This document shows positions 48,710-60,556 of a stretch of DNA of 64,000 bases, piece after piece. The stretch comes from Vitrella brassicaformis CCMP3155 (taxonomy: Eukaryota > Protista > Chromerida), in assembly GCA_001179505.1 (NCBI GenBank), contig CDMY01000422.1, forward strand, positions 16,075 through 80,074, given 5' to 3'. Every line of letters starts with the position of its first letter. The first letter of the stretch is position 1. The notes below the pieces were generated by a model, which saw nothing but the letters and a program-made list of their open reading frames with translations, searched no databases and was not told where the DNA came from. The position numbers and the translations under genes were made by a program.

Positions 48710-51706
48710 TCAAAAGCCATGCAAGAACGACGTCAGAACATGGTCATTCTTCGCTACGCGATTCATCATGTCATCTATCCTGTTCTTCTGGTGCGAGATC
48801 TCTTCCTCCAGGGCGGCAATGTCCTGCTCCAACGGACCAAGAGAATCTTCTGTCTCCCTGCAGCAGTAAGACACCCAAGCAACATCCGTGTACCCCCAGT
48901 CGTGCTCTCAGGCAGGAATCCTTTCCGACCTGATTTGCAGCTGCAAGGCGGCTACCGATGCCCGCTTTTCATCCCTCCAGTGGCCTAGCTCGCCGCCCAT
49001 TGTTGCTATATCTTGATGGACTAAGTCGACCGACTTGCCTGAAGTCATCATATATGTGCCAAAAGAGTGACCAGCCCCCAACAGCCTTGTTGTCTGTCCA
49101 TGAACCGAGAGGATTTGCAGCTTGGCAGAGAGCCTGGAGGGTCATACGAAGCCCCTCTACCTGCACAGTCAAAACAGAGCGATGCGTCAAAACAGGAGTG
49201 GGAGAAGCATCGCCTGTGTGCTTGGATATTTCATATTCCCCCGTCTTCCTTACATCGTATGTCGCCCGGGCTGCATCCTTCTTTCGCTTCAACCTCCCCA
49301 GCTTTATGCCTACATGAAGCAGAAAATGCGGAAAAAGAGGGGGTTCTACTGTGTGTCGATCTACGGAGACCAGCATACAGGTATCGAGCATATTGCTTGT
49401 ACCTTTGACAGTCCCTCCCATTTCACCTTCCCCCTGGGCAGTGGTTGCCTCAACCTTCACAGCGCCCTGTCAACCCAGAATCACGGCAAAGAAGGGCGCA
49501 AGTGATGCGTCCGTCCCTCTGTATGTGGACAGCCAGGTAAATGTCGTGCATGGTGTCCCTGACCTCCTGTCTAGTATCCAAGATGTCTTGCACAAGTCGC
49601 CCTGCAGTGCAGCCGCGTCCAGCGAGCAGCACACAACAAACAACAGGCAGTATCACTGACGTTATTGCTCCCTCTGAACCCATTGCTGTTAGTCAAGTGC
49701 GGTCACGCTGCAATATACCGTATTGTGTAGTGTCGTCTTTGTCCACTTTCAGCACCTGTCCCTGCGGCTGTCCTTCGACAAACATGTCATCGGCGGTTTC
49801 CTGACACTATTACACATCAGGCAGGCAGGGAGGCGACGAGGCACATCAATCTCACATTCATGGTGCCGTCCATCGGTGCATCATACCTCTCCCTCAGGAC
49901 CTTCGCCGAGGATGTATGGTGACGAAGACCCCTGCCCCATACGAGCCACATCGACCGACTCGTCCCTTGCATCTCCTGGTCTCTCATGCTGAACCGCGAA
50001 TTCCGCCTGTCGATCAACACGAGGGGGTCTCCAAAGGCGCGACACAAGAAGGACGGCAGAGCACAAGGATGGTATGCAGAAGAAGGTACGCACATACAGT
50101 TGGGTGCGGTTATGTCTCAGTGTTTCACACCGTCGGCCTGCAGTGCGCGGTCGGTCCAGCGCAGGGATATCTTTGTCCTTCGCCCCCGGATCCCAGGGGG
50201 CCACATCAAGGGGCTGCCTCGTGACGTCTTGCTCGTCGCCCTCTTTGCTTTGCACCTTACCTGACCACGAGGTGCACGCAACAAAACAGGAATGTGGCGC
50301 CAAGTCTGCGTGGGGGTTTGCGTACATGTTACCGAAGGCTCTGTGCGTCGTACCTGGCTGTGCGCGCAGCCGCAGCTCATTAGGTGCCACTTCTGCGGGC
50401 CCCACTGGCTCCTGAAGCAAAGAAGCGGACGAGCAACCAGCGCAGCTGTCCGGCTACTCTTTGGGTTACTGACTGACTTGAATGCCAGCGAGAAGGGGCG
50501 TGTTGTCAGGCGACATGGGTGCCTCAAGTGCTGCAAGGGATACAGCCACAAGGAAAGAAGCGCAACCAACTTGTGCAACCCAGGACGTAAGAGCGAGCGA
50601 GCAGTCGCATCCTTTGTGTGCTTTCGTACGTTCATGTTGATGGTTTGACGGGCCTGCATTCCCGTCAATGATGCCTGCGGTCCTACTCTGGCATCCAACC
50701 CATGTTCAACCAGCATTAGACAAGACAGGCATCTCCGGGTGCATTAACAAGGTCGGAAGGGAGGCTCCTCCTTCCAGCCTCTTACCTTTGGGGTTTCAGC
50801 AGCCTTCTGCATATTTGCAGTCCCATATCGCGAGAGCACCTGTGGCCAGCAGAGACCATACGTCACGGTGCTGACTTGCCAAGAGCCACACATGCACGAT
50901 ACTGGATGTGGCCCTCCGTACCCTGCCTCCCTGCCTCCCTTCCGTTATATGTTCCTGGTGTATCTGCACATGTCGATGGCCCCCTTTACCATTTGTACGG
51001 CGAGATCCGAACGCTCCACGGCTGATGTTGCTGCCTGGGCCAACAAGGACAGGCTACTCAACCAGCCCCTGCCCGTATCATACCTTGAGCGCTGCTTACC
51101 TGATGTAGCTGCACGAGGAACCTGTTCGTCTTTTCCGCTTCTAGCCCCGCGACTGACCGATCAAGCGAACAGCAACGCCAAAGCAGGAAACCATACCCAT
51201 ACAAGTCAACCTCTGTTCGTCTGTCTATGTCCAGCGTGATCATGCTGGCTGATTGCCGACGGTCGTGGCCACCTATTTTATTTGGGGAGACTGCCACAGG
51301 CTCATTGATTGCAATAGAGACGCACTCGATTATCTTGGTAAGGAAAGACACCTTCCCTGTCTTGTCCTTGACCAACAAGCAGAAAGTCACTCGCCCACCC
51401 ACCCATGGACTGCCGCTCTTGCCTCCCTGACTGTTCATCGTACCGTGATGTGTTCGGAGTTTTTTTCGTGCTGGTCGAAGAGTCCCTTCGCGAACCCCGT
51501 GGTCCGGATGACCTCCGTCACGATGTCGTGAAGGAAACGGAAGGGAGGCTTCACTAGGTACTTTGGGGTCAGCTTGGGGCGGGAAATCAAACTTCCTGAA
51601 GTCACACACACACAATCCCTCTGGCGCTTCCCTGCATGCATAGAGGTGAAGGAAGTGTGATGTGCCAACCGAGCGTCTGCTGTGTCAACACCGCAAAGTC
51701 ATCCAT
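48710..51706 (-). CDS. IFT54: IFT54/TRAF3IP1 (MIP-T3) intraflagellar transport protein, multi-exon
   Basis: [12 protein letters not shown]|[26 protein letters not shown]; KVSFLTKII; [13 protein letters not shown]; C-terminal coiled coil with [12 protein letters not shown]. Confidence 0.93.
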
Positions 51707-52687
51707 GTTTCTGCACTTCTTTGACGAGGGCAACTCGCAGCGCCGGGGTTAGGGAGAGGTGTCTCTTAAACCCTAACCGGGAATGGTAGGTGAGTGGATG
51801 GAGGAGAAACGCTGACGGTGAGCCGGCGGACCTATTAGAAGGTTGGTCGAGTTTTTGTCCCTCAGGTGTCTCAAAAGTTTCAAGGCGCGGCCCAGAGCAG
51901 GACTTCTGGAGTCGATGCGAGCGGTTTCTCTGGTGAGGAGTCGTGACGCTCTGGCGCTTCTTGTCCGCTTCCCGGTGTTCGATGGGTCTGATTCCCGGTG
52001 GAAGGGTAGATGGGGTCTTGAGTGCTACCCTATGCCGTCCTGGCGTGATCCCCTATGTGGAGGTTGTGCTGCATGGAAGGCACCGCTCAAGCCGTGGTCA
52101 TCCACTGAATCCCGCGGCCGCAATAACTCTCATGAGAATGTGGGGTTGCGCTGGCTCGAGTTGGCCCACAGGACATCCGGTCGCAGCAAGAAAAACATGC
52201 TGGCACGGAGGAAAGCAAGGAGGAGGATGGGGGAGCGGGTCAGTATGCGAGTAAGATGAAACAAACTTGTGCAGTGAGGCGCTGCGATGTCGCTGCGATG
52301 TTTATTCTCGAAGTGCTGGTATCTATATTCATTTTCGCGGAATGCGTCAGCATCAATCCTTCATCTTGTTGTGCACCTACCCACTCGGATTCCCCGTCGG
52401 ACGAGTGAGTGTCTCCATTGGAGTGTCTCTACTTCGGATTCGGTCGGAGACGTGGAATCAAGTGAAATGCGCCCTCTGACAATCTTGAACCATCTGTTTT
52501 GCTGGATCTACTCGCAGACAGCATCCGGGGAGCTATTTCTTTAGGCAGCATTGGGGAGCTATTTCTTGCTCGCAGTGGGGGCACATGTCGAACTGCAAGG
52601 AGAGCATAAAGAGCATAAAGAGCAGTGTGAGGCCGCAGATGCTTTGTTGTGGCCTCACACTGCTCAGAGTGGTTGGTGTCTCTGGAT

Positions 52688-52749
52688 GGATCCCATGTCA
52701 CGCGTTAAACTAACAGCATGCACAGGAGCATGGACACGGCCTGTCTACC
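52688..52749 (+). repeat. 3' half copy of the dispersed ~120-bp repeat
   Basis: GGATCC..TGTCACGC..TAAACTA..GCATGCACAGGAGCATGGACACGGCCTGTCTACC. Confidence 0.75.
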
Positions 52750-52932
52750 GATCCTACCCACCCACCCACCCACCCAACATGCACCTGCCATCCCATGACG
52801 GTCAGAAAAATCACTGTCACCACCGTGCACAGGGATCCCAAGATAACACCACCGGCCTGCACTCGTCTTGAGTCTGAGAGGTTCTCATGCTGTGACTTCA
52901 TACTTGGTAGGAATTTGGAGTCAAAACAATCC

Positions 52933-54330
52933 TCAACCTAAGCAACCAACCAACCAACCTACCCCCCTTAATGACAGCAATGAATAAATACTGTGGTCTC
53001 CACTTGGGCGGCACAACTTCGAAAAAATCAATGCTTGTAGCATTTGGCGCCTCCCGTGTATAGACAGACAGCCTTGCCTTCTGCTCACAACGGACACGCC
53101 CCAACACAAAAGAAGAAAGCCTATCGGCAGGCGCCCCTCTGTCTCCTTGTCCGGGGACTTGTGCGAATCGACAGTGCCAACAATCAAGTGCGGGGCAACC
53201 CCACACAGGGAGAACACAGCTGAAAACATGTATTCGAGCGGCATACAGGATGGCTTGCTGTAAACGCTTGTGCTCTCCAGCAAATTAACCACCAGAGACG
53301 AGCACAATCGCGCGTCCAGTCGTCCGACCATAGTAAGCATGTACAGCCCCGCACGTAGCCTTTCTTTGATCGTCAAGCCCGATTCCTGAGACGAGCAGCC
53401 TTGAAGCACCGACACAGTATTGGTGACCAGCTGGTGTAGGTGATACCTATTCGCCGCCTCACCCGACGCCATAATAGCTGTCGAGCACTCGATAAGACAC
53501 AGCAGTTTGTGCGCCACTTTTGCCGACCCGAAGTGAGGGGACCAGTTTATAAGGCAGCCGACAAGGGCATGATGGCAGTATCCTTTCATCTTCCGCCAGG
53601 CACAAAGCACTTGCAGTGCATCTTTGACGTCAACTGTAGGAGGCAGCCGACAGTAAAGGATGCTCCATGGTATGTCCTGGCGCCCACAGCCCGTATCAAG
53701 GCCCGCCGCATCGAGGAAAGCCCACGATAAAAGGTCAAATAGCTGTACGTCATAGCCCCACCGCAACTCGCCGATTCCATGGAAAAGAAGTGAGACATCA
53801 CGAACAGAATACCTTCGCCGGCGTTGCTGCTGCGTTATGGCCATGTGGTCGGACTCGGCGAGCGCCGCGTGAACGATTCTGTGTACAGAGTGTCGCACGG
53901 CGTGCCGGAGCGATGTCGTCAATAGGCATGATGGTGTGTTGTGGGTGTAGGTGTGGTCGTCCTTGCCAGCCACAGCGCAAGCGTGGAGGATAAGGCTGAG
54001 GTCTTTGAGGCGGGCACACTGCGACACCTTGATGGGCAGGATGCCCGACGCAAGTTGCGAGAGGAAGGTGGCGAGGGCTCCCCTGGGATGCCTCCCTTTC
54101 ACCACTGAATTAAGGGACACCGAAACGTCACTGGGGTGCATGCAAGGGAGGCGTCTGTGGAGGGTGGACAGAAGGACCTTCGAAAGCTCCCCATTCCAGA
54201 TCTTCAGCGCCTCGGTGTCCAGTTGATGTTGAAGCTGCGAAATCCTCGTTATAAGAAACGGGAGGCGGTCATCGGGTACACGAACGAGCCATCTGGCAAG
54301 CTGAAATGCCTTAGAAACCTCAGATAACAT
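52933..54330 (-). CDS. Intronless 465-aa alpha-helical repeat protein (HPR/OPR/RAP-like organellar RNA-binding type)
   Basis: Recurrent helical motifs DVSVSLNSVVK, DLSLILHACA, DVSLLFHGIGEL, DALQVLCAWRKM; long uninterrupted frame. Confidence 0.45.
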   Translation of the reverse strand: MLSEVSKAFQLARWLVRVPDDRLPFLITRISQLQHQLDTEALKIWNGELSKVLLSTLHRRLPCMHPSDVSVSLNSVVKGRHPRGALATFLSQLASGILPIKVSQCARLKDLSLILHACAVAGKDDHTYTHNTPSCLLTTSLRHAVRHSVHRIVHAALAESDHMAITQQQRRRRYSVRDVSLLFHGIGELRWGYDVQLFDLLSWAFLDAAGLDTGCGRQDIPWSILYCRLPPTVDVKDALQVLCAWRKMKGYCHHALVGCLINWSPHFGSAKVAHKLLCLIECSTAIMASGEAANRYHLHQLVTNTVSVLQGCSSQESGLTIKERLRAGLYMLTMVGRLDARLCSSLVVNLLESTSVYSKPSCMPLEYMFSAVFSLCGVAPHLIVGTVDSHKSPDKETEGRLPIGFLLLCWGVSVVSRRQGCLSIHGRRQMLQALIFSKLCRPSGDHSIYSLLSLRGVGWLVGCLG

Positions 54331-54361
54331 CTCGTTCGAACAATCGAGTTCAGCTAGATGA

Positions 54362-54439
54362 GTAGACAGGTCGTGTGCATGCTCTTGTGCGTGCGCATGT
54401 TGCTAGCAGCCCCTCCGGGGTACAGACACGAGTCTCGTT
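54362..54439 (-). repeat. Internally deleted copy of the dispersed ~120-bp repeat
   Basis: Reverse complement reads AACGAGACTCGTGTCTGTACCCCGGAGGGG...GCATGCACACGACCTGTCTAC. Confidence 0.8.
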
Positions 54440-54559
54440 GTTTTCTGACTGTGTGAGAGAGCAGGAAGAAGGCAAGCGGAAGATCAGTGTGGAATGGTTC
54501 ACAGTGCGATCTTGCCTCGAGGATTTCCACCAGGAAGCGGGCATTGTCTCCGGATATTG

Positions 54560-56141
54560 TCCGCCAATTGGTCTAGTGCCCATTTGCGTCTTCAACGCGT
54601 TCGGCAGACAAAACGTTCAGAGAAAAGGAAAAACGGTAGCGGTGTTGTGTTGCTTGCAGTACTACAGACACGTCAATATGTCGAGAAGCTTCGTGTTTTT
54701 TGTGACGTTTGGATCAGTTACATTAAACTGATGTACCCTAAAGCGGCAAGTTATTGAAAAATGGCCGTCAGGCTGCTTCCTGAAACCGCTGCTGCTTGAA
54801 AAAGATCGCGCTTGCTTCGCGGAGAAAGTCAACGAACAAGGGTATCTCTGAGCGCGAACTTCTTAAAAGATGCACACGAAACGCGCCAGTTTGTGGTGGA
54901 TGGGATGTTTCTCCTTTGTCCAGTCATGCAGCTGGTTGAGCTTGGTCTCTCTTGGGTGCCTTTTCGGAGGTCTCTCAGTGCCGCATCGACTTTGCCGAGC
55001 TTCTGGCGGTTAACGAAAGAGATCTCGCCGACTATCATGTAGTGGATATGCTTGCAAGACTCCTCTGTGCAAATACGGTCACCATCGACTGTCTGCTGCT
55101 TCCCCGCTTGGCGCCGCAGCCTCTTCTCGCCACTCTCGAAGTCATCGAAGAGGTGCAGGAGCGAATCGACTGTCGAGCCTTCGGTGTTATCTGCAGCCAC
55201 ACCGGTAAGTGCCGCCAGACACAGCCAATGTCTGCATTGCAGTTCAGCAAAAGAAGCCTTCACGGCCTTCATGACGGTCTTGCCGGTGCCGCCCTCGCCG
55301 GTCAGGCACATGCGCAATGGCGCGATGTATTTATTGTCCCTCAGGTCTTCGTAGTGGTTGAGCAAGTGGCTGCAGATGATTTGGAACGCCCGCATCTGCT
55401 CTTCGTTCAATTTGTAACGGCTCGCCCAGTGAACAGAGAACGTCCTGTCGTCGACCGTCTCAGGCGGCTTGAATGCGGACGCCGGCTGCGCCAGCAGTCG
55501 AGTGAGGCTGGCAGCATCCATCGAGTGACCACCGTGCGTAAAGAGATTCGACTCGAAGAGAAGCTACTCAGGAGGCTTGCTTCATCTGACGTGGCGCGGC
55601 TGTGGTCGATTTCATTTACCTTGTTGCGTTGCTGGTGCAGGTCATCGTTGGGCTGATCCTGGCGGTTCCCGTTTGATTGAGAAGCCGATTGATAGTCATC
55701 GAAGGCAGTCTTCAATAGCCCCTTCAACAGGCGCGCTAGATTGATACATGTCTATTGATATCATCGCTGGATATCGATAGGTTGGCATTCAATTGCATCC
55801 AGCGATGCATTGATATACTTGGCGAAGCACATCTTCACCACGGGCGCAGCAGGAGCGGCAACATGGGGGGTGTCTTGTGTTCTTGGTGCAGCCCTCTGAG
55901 TACCTGCATGCTATCGCCACGTCTGTCTTCGAGATGTGCACGTTTTTCAAGCTCCCGCCAGTGTTGTCTGCATGTTTTGAAACTCTCGCCATTGTTGCAT
56001 GCGTCGGTGCGCTTCTCGCCAACACTCGTGCTGTGCACGTCTCTGTGATGCATAATTGATCCACCACTTCGCGCGCTGCTTTCGACCCCCGCCCAATTCG
56101 CGGCCCGGGGTGCCCACGCAGTGGGTGCCCCTTACTCGGAA
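54560..56141 (-). mobile_element. Helitron-like non-autonomous element, copy 2, carrying a Pif1 helicase fragment
   Basis: Inverted homology to 31999-33200; contains the Pif1 ORF below. No HUH/Rep domain is visible. Confidence 0.7.
54829..55521 (-). pseudogene. Pif1-family SF1B helicase N-terminal fragment (Helitron type), truncated
   Basis: LNEEQMRAF, LTGEGGTGKT (Walker A), AALTGVAADNTEGSTVDS, MIVGEISFV (Walker B D->G), KVDAALRDLR; the GDxxQLPPV and later motifs are missing. Confidence 0.88.
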
Positions 56142-56272
56142 TTGGACAGCATGCGACCGTCTTCGGTTCACGGGGGCGGTCGCTCTTACACGAAATACGG
56201 CCGGCCGTGACAAGCGATGCTGTCCAGTCCGTCCTAGCTATGCCGCACAAGGTGCCTGATCCCTGGAACTGT

Positions 56273-57703
56273 ATGTCAGTGACGCTCCTTTGCTTCATTC
56301 TAGTTGGCGCTGAATTGTCTGGCTGCTGGAGGCTGCCCTCGATTGCGAGTGGTCCAAGACGGCCGCCATTAACGCGCCGCTTTTCGTCATCAGCCTTTCA
56401 ATCAGTTGTTGCGGATGTGGGTTCATCGGCGGCGAGTGGGAGGTCGGTTCCGGGGGAGATGGTGCGGCGTGGAGGCGGCGGGGGAGGCTACCAGTACTAT
56501 GAAGGTAGGGGGGAAAAGACTCTTTCTTGTCTGATTCGTTCTGTCACGCGTCTGTGTGTGTGAAGGCGCCCGTCTTCCGCCCCCTCCCGACCTTCCATCG
56601 CTGCTTCTAAGCGAGCGGATCGTTTACCTTGGCCTGCCACTCGTCTCACAGGTGCGTAGTACACACCCGTCGTGCCCCGGCCGCACATGTGTGCGTGCAG
56701 GTGACAGAGCTGATAATAGCTCAGTTACTGTACCTCGAGTATGAATCGGCAGACAAACCCATCCTCATGTAACACACACGTACACCCATGAACACATAAC
56801 ACTACCTGGCTCGCCCAGACCATTCTACGACAACCGGACAGTCGATTTGGTTGTGTCTACCGTATGCGTCTGTGTCTCTCTGTGTCTGTCTGTGTGCTCT
56901 GAAGGTACATTAATTCGTCTGGCAATGAAGATGGTCGGGGGCGTCCCGTTGCTTTCGAGACCGAAGCTCTTGCGCTGGCTGACGTGATGAAGTAGGTCGG
57001 CACGGCATCTGGCAGGTTGATTGCGTGGAGGTGTGAGCGGGCCTGTGCGTTGTTGCAGTTATGTGAAGCCACCCGTGCACACGATATGTGTGGGACAAGC
57101 ATTCGGCACAGCTGCAATGCTGCTTGCGAATGGGGAAAAGGGCTACAGGTACGTTCCAGCCCTCTGATGGATGGATGGATGCGTAGCTTTTACTGGTGCG
57201 ATCTCTGCACGTTTTCCACCCGACCGAGTGCATGGCGTGGTCGTCCTGCATTGGGTATCAGGTATTCTCTCCCCAACTCCACCATTCTTCTGAAACAGCC
57301 AGTTGGCGGGACTCGCGGGCAAGCATCAGGTCCCTCACGACTAGTGTCGTCCAAACGGACCATTTCATTGCCCCACCTGGCTGCAGATATCGCTGCTGGG
57401 GCCAAGGAGGTGCTGTTCATGAGGAATCAGATGGTACAGATCATCTCTCAGGTTCGTGACTGCAGGTGCAAACTTTTGCGAAATCATACAGTGTGCAACG
57501 AATTGGCTTCAGAAGCGTCATATCTTGCTCTTTTGATTTTTTAGGCGTCGGGGAAGGGGTTCGACACGGTGATGCATGACCTGCAGAGGAGCAAGTACCT
57601 GACGGCCGAGGAGGCAAAAGCGTACGGCTTGATTGACCGTGTGCTGGACAGCAAGAAGGACCTCACCGTGCCGCCTCCCATGCCTATAGTGCAAGCGACG
57701 TAG
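56273..57703 (+). CDS. clpR: Plastid-targeted ClpR (non-catalytic ClpP paralog), multi-exon
   Basis: Signal-peptide-like [13 protein letters not shown]; [18 protein letters not shown]; YINSSG; [11 protein letters not shown] (catalytic Ser->Gly); LLKQP (His->Lys); [17 protein letters not shown]. Confidence 0.9.
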
Positions 57704-58128
57704 GACAAGCGATGAGCTGAGCACCTCTCTGGACAGACAGTTGGGGACAGTCGTGTGAAGGGGCGTGAATGGGTGGGGAACGTCCACGAGTGTCGCAAGA
57801 TGACGATACCATACGTCCATGTCACACCTCCACCGAATCATCCTTCTCATTCATCTGGTCTGGGCGGCCGTCTCAGTCATGCAACCCAACCATCAGCAAG
57901 TCGGCTTCATATACGCACTGGGGCAGAAACAGACAGTAGGGAGAGTACTCTCATCTCGCCTCATTCTGACTTGCATCCTTCGAGGAAGGGGTTCGTCTAA
58001 AGGTCGAGCTCCGTAGGCTTTCGGCATGCTGCATGACATGACACACAAACGATAGAAGAAGGAAAAGTTCGGGAGTTGAAATTATGGTTGCTCGAATACC
58101 CTTCACACACACCCGCTATCACGCGATC

Positions 58129-60551
58129 TCATGGGCCCCAGAATGTAAGAAAAGAAGCTGCCAAGAGACGCACCACGCACGAGGGCCGCCGAGGAACACT
58201 GGTGACCGCCACTGCGTGTACCACTGCCGGCCGGTGGTCAGGGGCGATGGCTGTCGGCCCCAAGGAAACGTCTGTTTCGTGCAGGCGCTGTCTGATGAGC
58301 CGTGTCCTAATGCCGAGGGGATCCGACAGGGGCGACAGGGGCGTGTACAGCAGCGGGTCAATGATGACAAGCAGCGGCCGTTGACGGGACGAAACATCCT
58401 GTGAGGTCGGAGACTCCAAGCCTTGCAGTGAGACGGATGCTGATGCTGCTGACGCAGGTGATGGGTCTGCCTGCTGCTGGGAGTCGTGATGCTGTTGTTG
58501 AACATGTGGCTTGGTGGGCGATCCTGGAGCCGTCGTTGGTATGGCTGTTTCCCTACGGTAGCGGCGATGATCGTGCTGGAGCTTCTTGAGGAATCTTTTT
58601 TTGGCCTGTTCCGTCAGAGCGCGCAGTGCCACCGCCCACCCATCGCGCTCTTGACGGCACAGGAACTTGAGATCAACCATTGTCTGACGGGAGGCCACTG
58701 GGGCGCCGCACAACAACACCTGCGCCACCCACCACAAAGGCACCGATGGCCACCAATATATTGGCAAGTGGTTGTGGTTGGTGTCAGGTACATTTGTGTA
58801 GCGTACCAGTCGCAGAGTCCAGCCCCAGTCCCACGGGTCGAGGAGCTCACTGTCGATCAGGGCGACGGACTCAACAGCAAGGAGAAGCAGCCGACCCTGA
58901 AGCAAGGCACGAAACGGGGTAGGTTGGAGGAGGAGGAAGGAGGGCCGCACAGGTGTACAGCGGAACACGCGACACTAGCTGGATCTCACCGACCTCCGAC
59001 AGCATGTCATCCTCGTGGCGGTAGAAGAAGATCTGACCGCTATGAACTGAAACCCACCGCCTGTTCCAGCTGCAGCAATAAAAGTGCGAACAGGGCATCG
59101 ACTTTCTCGTGGGTCTGTCCAGTGCGTGCACTCCGCGCACCCCTCACCCAGATTGCCAGGCCCGTACGTCTCCGGCGAGCTCGCCTCCCCTCGACATCAT
59201 CTGCAAGGCCGCTAACGCCGAGGGGTCAAGGCATTTGGCAGCATCTTGTGCAGTCTCCTCGTCATAGCCATCAGCCACGATGCCAGCAGGATGGAGGCCC
59301 CTCTTCCATGCGTAGCCCCGCAGCGGAGGAGAGGTCACTTGGGCCCCTCGATGGTGGCGGAAGCACGGCGACTTTGTCCCTGCATCCTCAGTCGCAACGC
59401 TGCTGGCCGCGATGCTAGTCTTGACAGTCTGACATACATCGCCGCATTGTTGCAGCACGGACTGGGCCGAGGAGCTGACCGCTGACACCACTGAGGCGTC
59501 CATCAGGTGTCGCGCATTGGCAGCAGTGTCCCGAAGGGGCTGCTGCAGGTAATGATGGTGACCCGGACCATTGAAATGACACCTTGACGGAGCGCTCGCT
59601 TCGCTGTCGTCGCTCTCCCGGTGTTCGAGGGATGGCTCGGCATGAGCCGACCGTGGCTCATGTCTATCAGCCTGCGCAGCTGTGATGCAGATAGACGGTG
59701 GACCGGGCCACCCAGGTTCCCCAGTGGAGTAGCGGCAGGAAGAGTTGCTGGCCAGCGAAGAAGGCGACGACTCGCGACCACCCGCACCATGGTGGCGGTG
59801 GTGGTGCTCGTGACGACGACGTATCCTCTTGTCGTTCCCTCTGCATGAGGGCTCGTAATCACTAGCGCTGACGGCCCCCTCATCTTCATCACTTGTCTCG
59901 TCGGCCCGCGGCTCCCCTGAGAGCCGTCTGCCACTGGACTCGCCGCTGTGCCGCCTCTTGTTTCCCGCAGCCCCGGGGCCCGTTGTGGGCCCTCCGTCCT
60001 CTCTCTTCCACCACATGAGGTTGGTCCATAGGTTGGAGATCCTCGTAGGGATCCCATCCAGCTGTAGACCTGCATCATCCGCATCGGTGTCACGACGCAA
60101 GAAGGCCGACGTCAGCGAAAATGACGGCATCGCAGGCAGAGACAGCCGACTGAGGCCGTCGTGCAGGCTCGAAACGATGTTTCTGCCGCTCCCGCCGTCG
60201 CCAGGAGGATCCACAGCTTCCGAACTGGACCACGCAGCTGTGTCACGTCTGAGCGACGGTTTGCAACGCGCAACGCAGTTCCTGTGGTGGGTGGCATCAG
60301 CGTCAAGCAGCAGCAGACGAGTGTCAGATGCTGATCGCCTCAGAGGCCTTGACGCTGGCCCTGCCCTTCCCTGTGCCGGGCATGCCGCAGGAAGGGAGCT
60401 GGCAGACATCGCCCTCGATCGCTCCTCCCGTCCTGTTGGAGGGGATAGCATCAGACTCGGCACTTGACCTGGTGCCGGACACTCGCTCGACACATCCTGG
60501 TCGAAGCACACAATAGCAGACACACTTCATGGTGGCGATCGCTTGAAGCAT
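58129..60551 (-). CDS. PH-domain protein (split PH with a hydrophobic insert), multi-exon
   Basis: GYAWKRG; WNRRWVSVHSGQIFFYRHEDD; KFLCRQERDGWAVALR; long S/D/H-rich N-terminus. Confidence 0.6.
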
Positions 60552-60556
60552 CTATG

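Noticed and set aside
51766-51778. Interstitial telomere array
   Set aside because: Only a single unit per strand.
51843-52259. 138-aa + strand ORF as a gene
   Set aside because: No recognisable motif or splice support; left uncalled.
54952-55656. 234-aa + strand ORF (likewise 58486-59418 +)
   Set aside because: Antisense shadows of the Pif1 and PH-protein coding regions in GC-rich DNA; no independent motifs.
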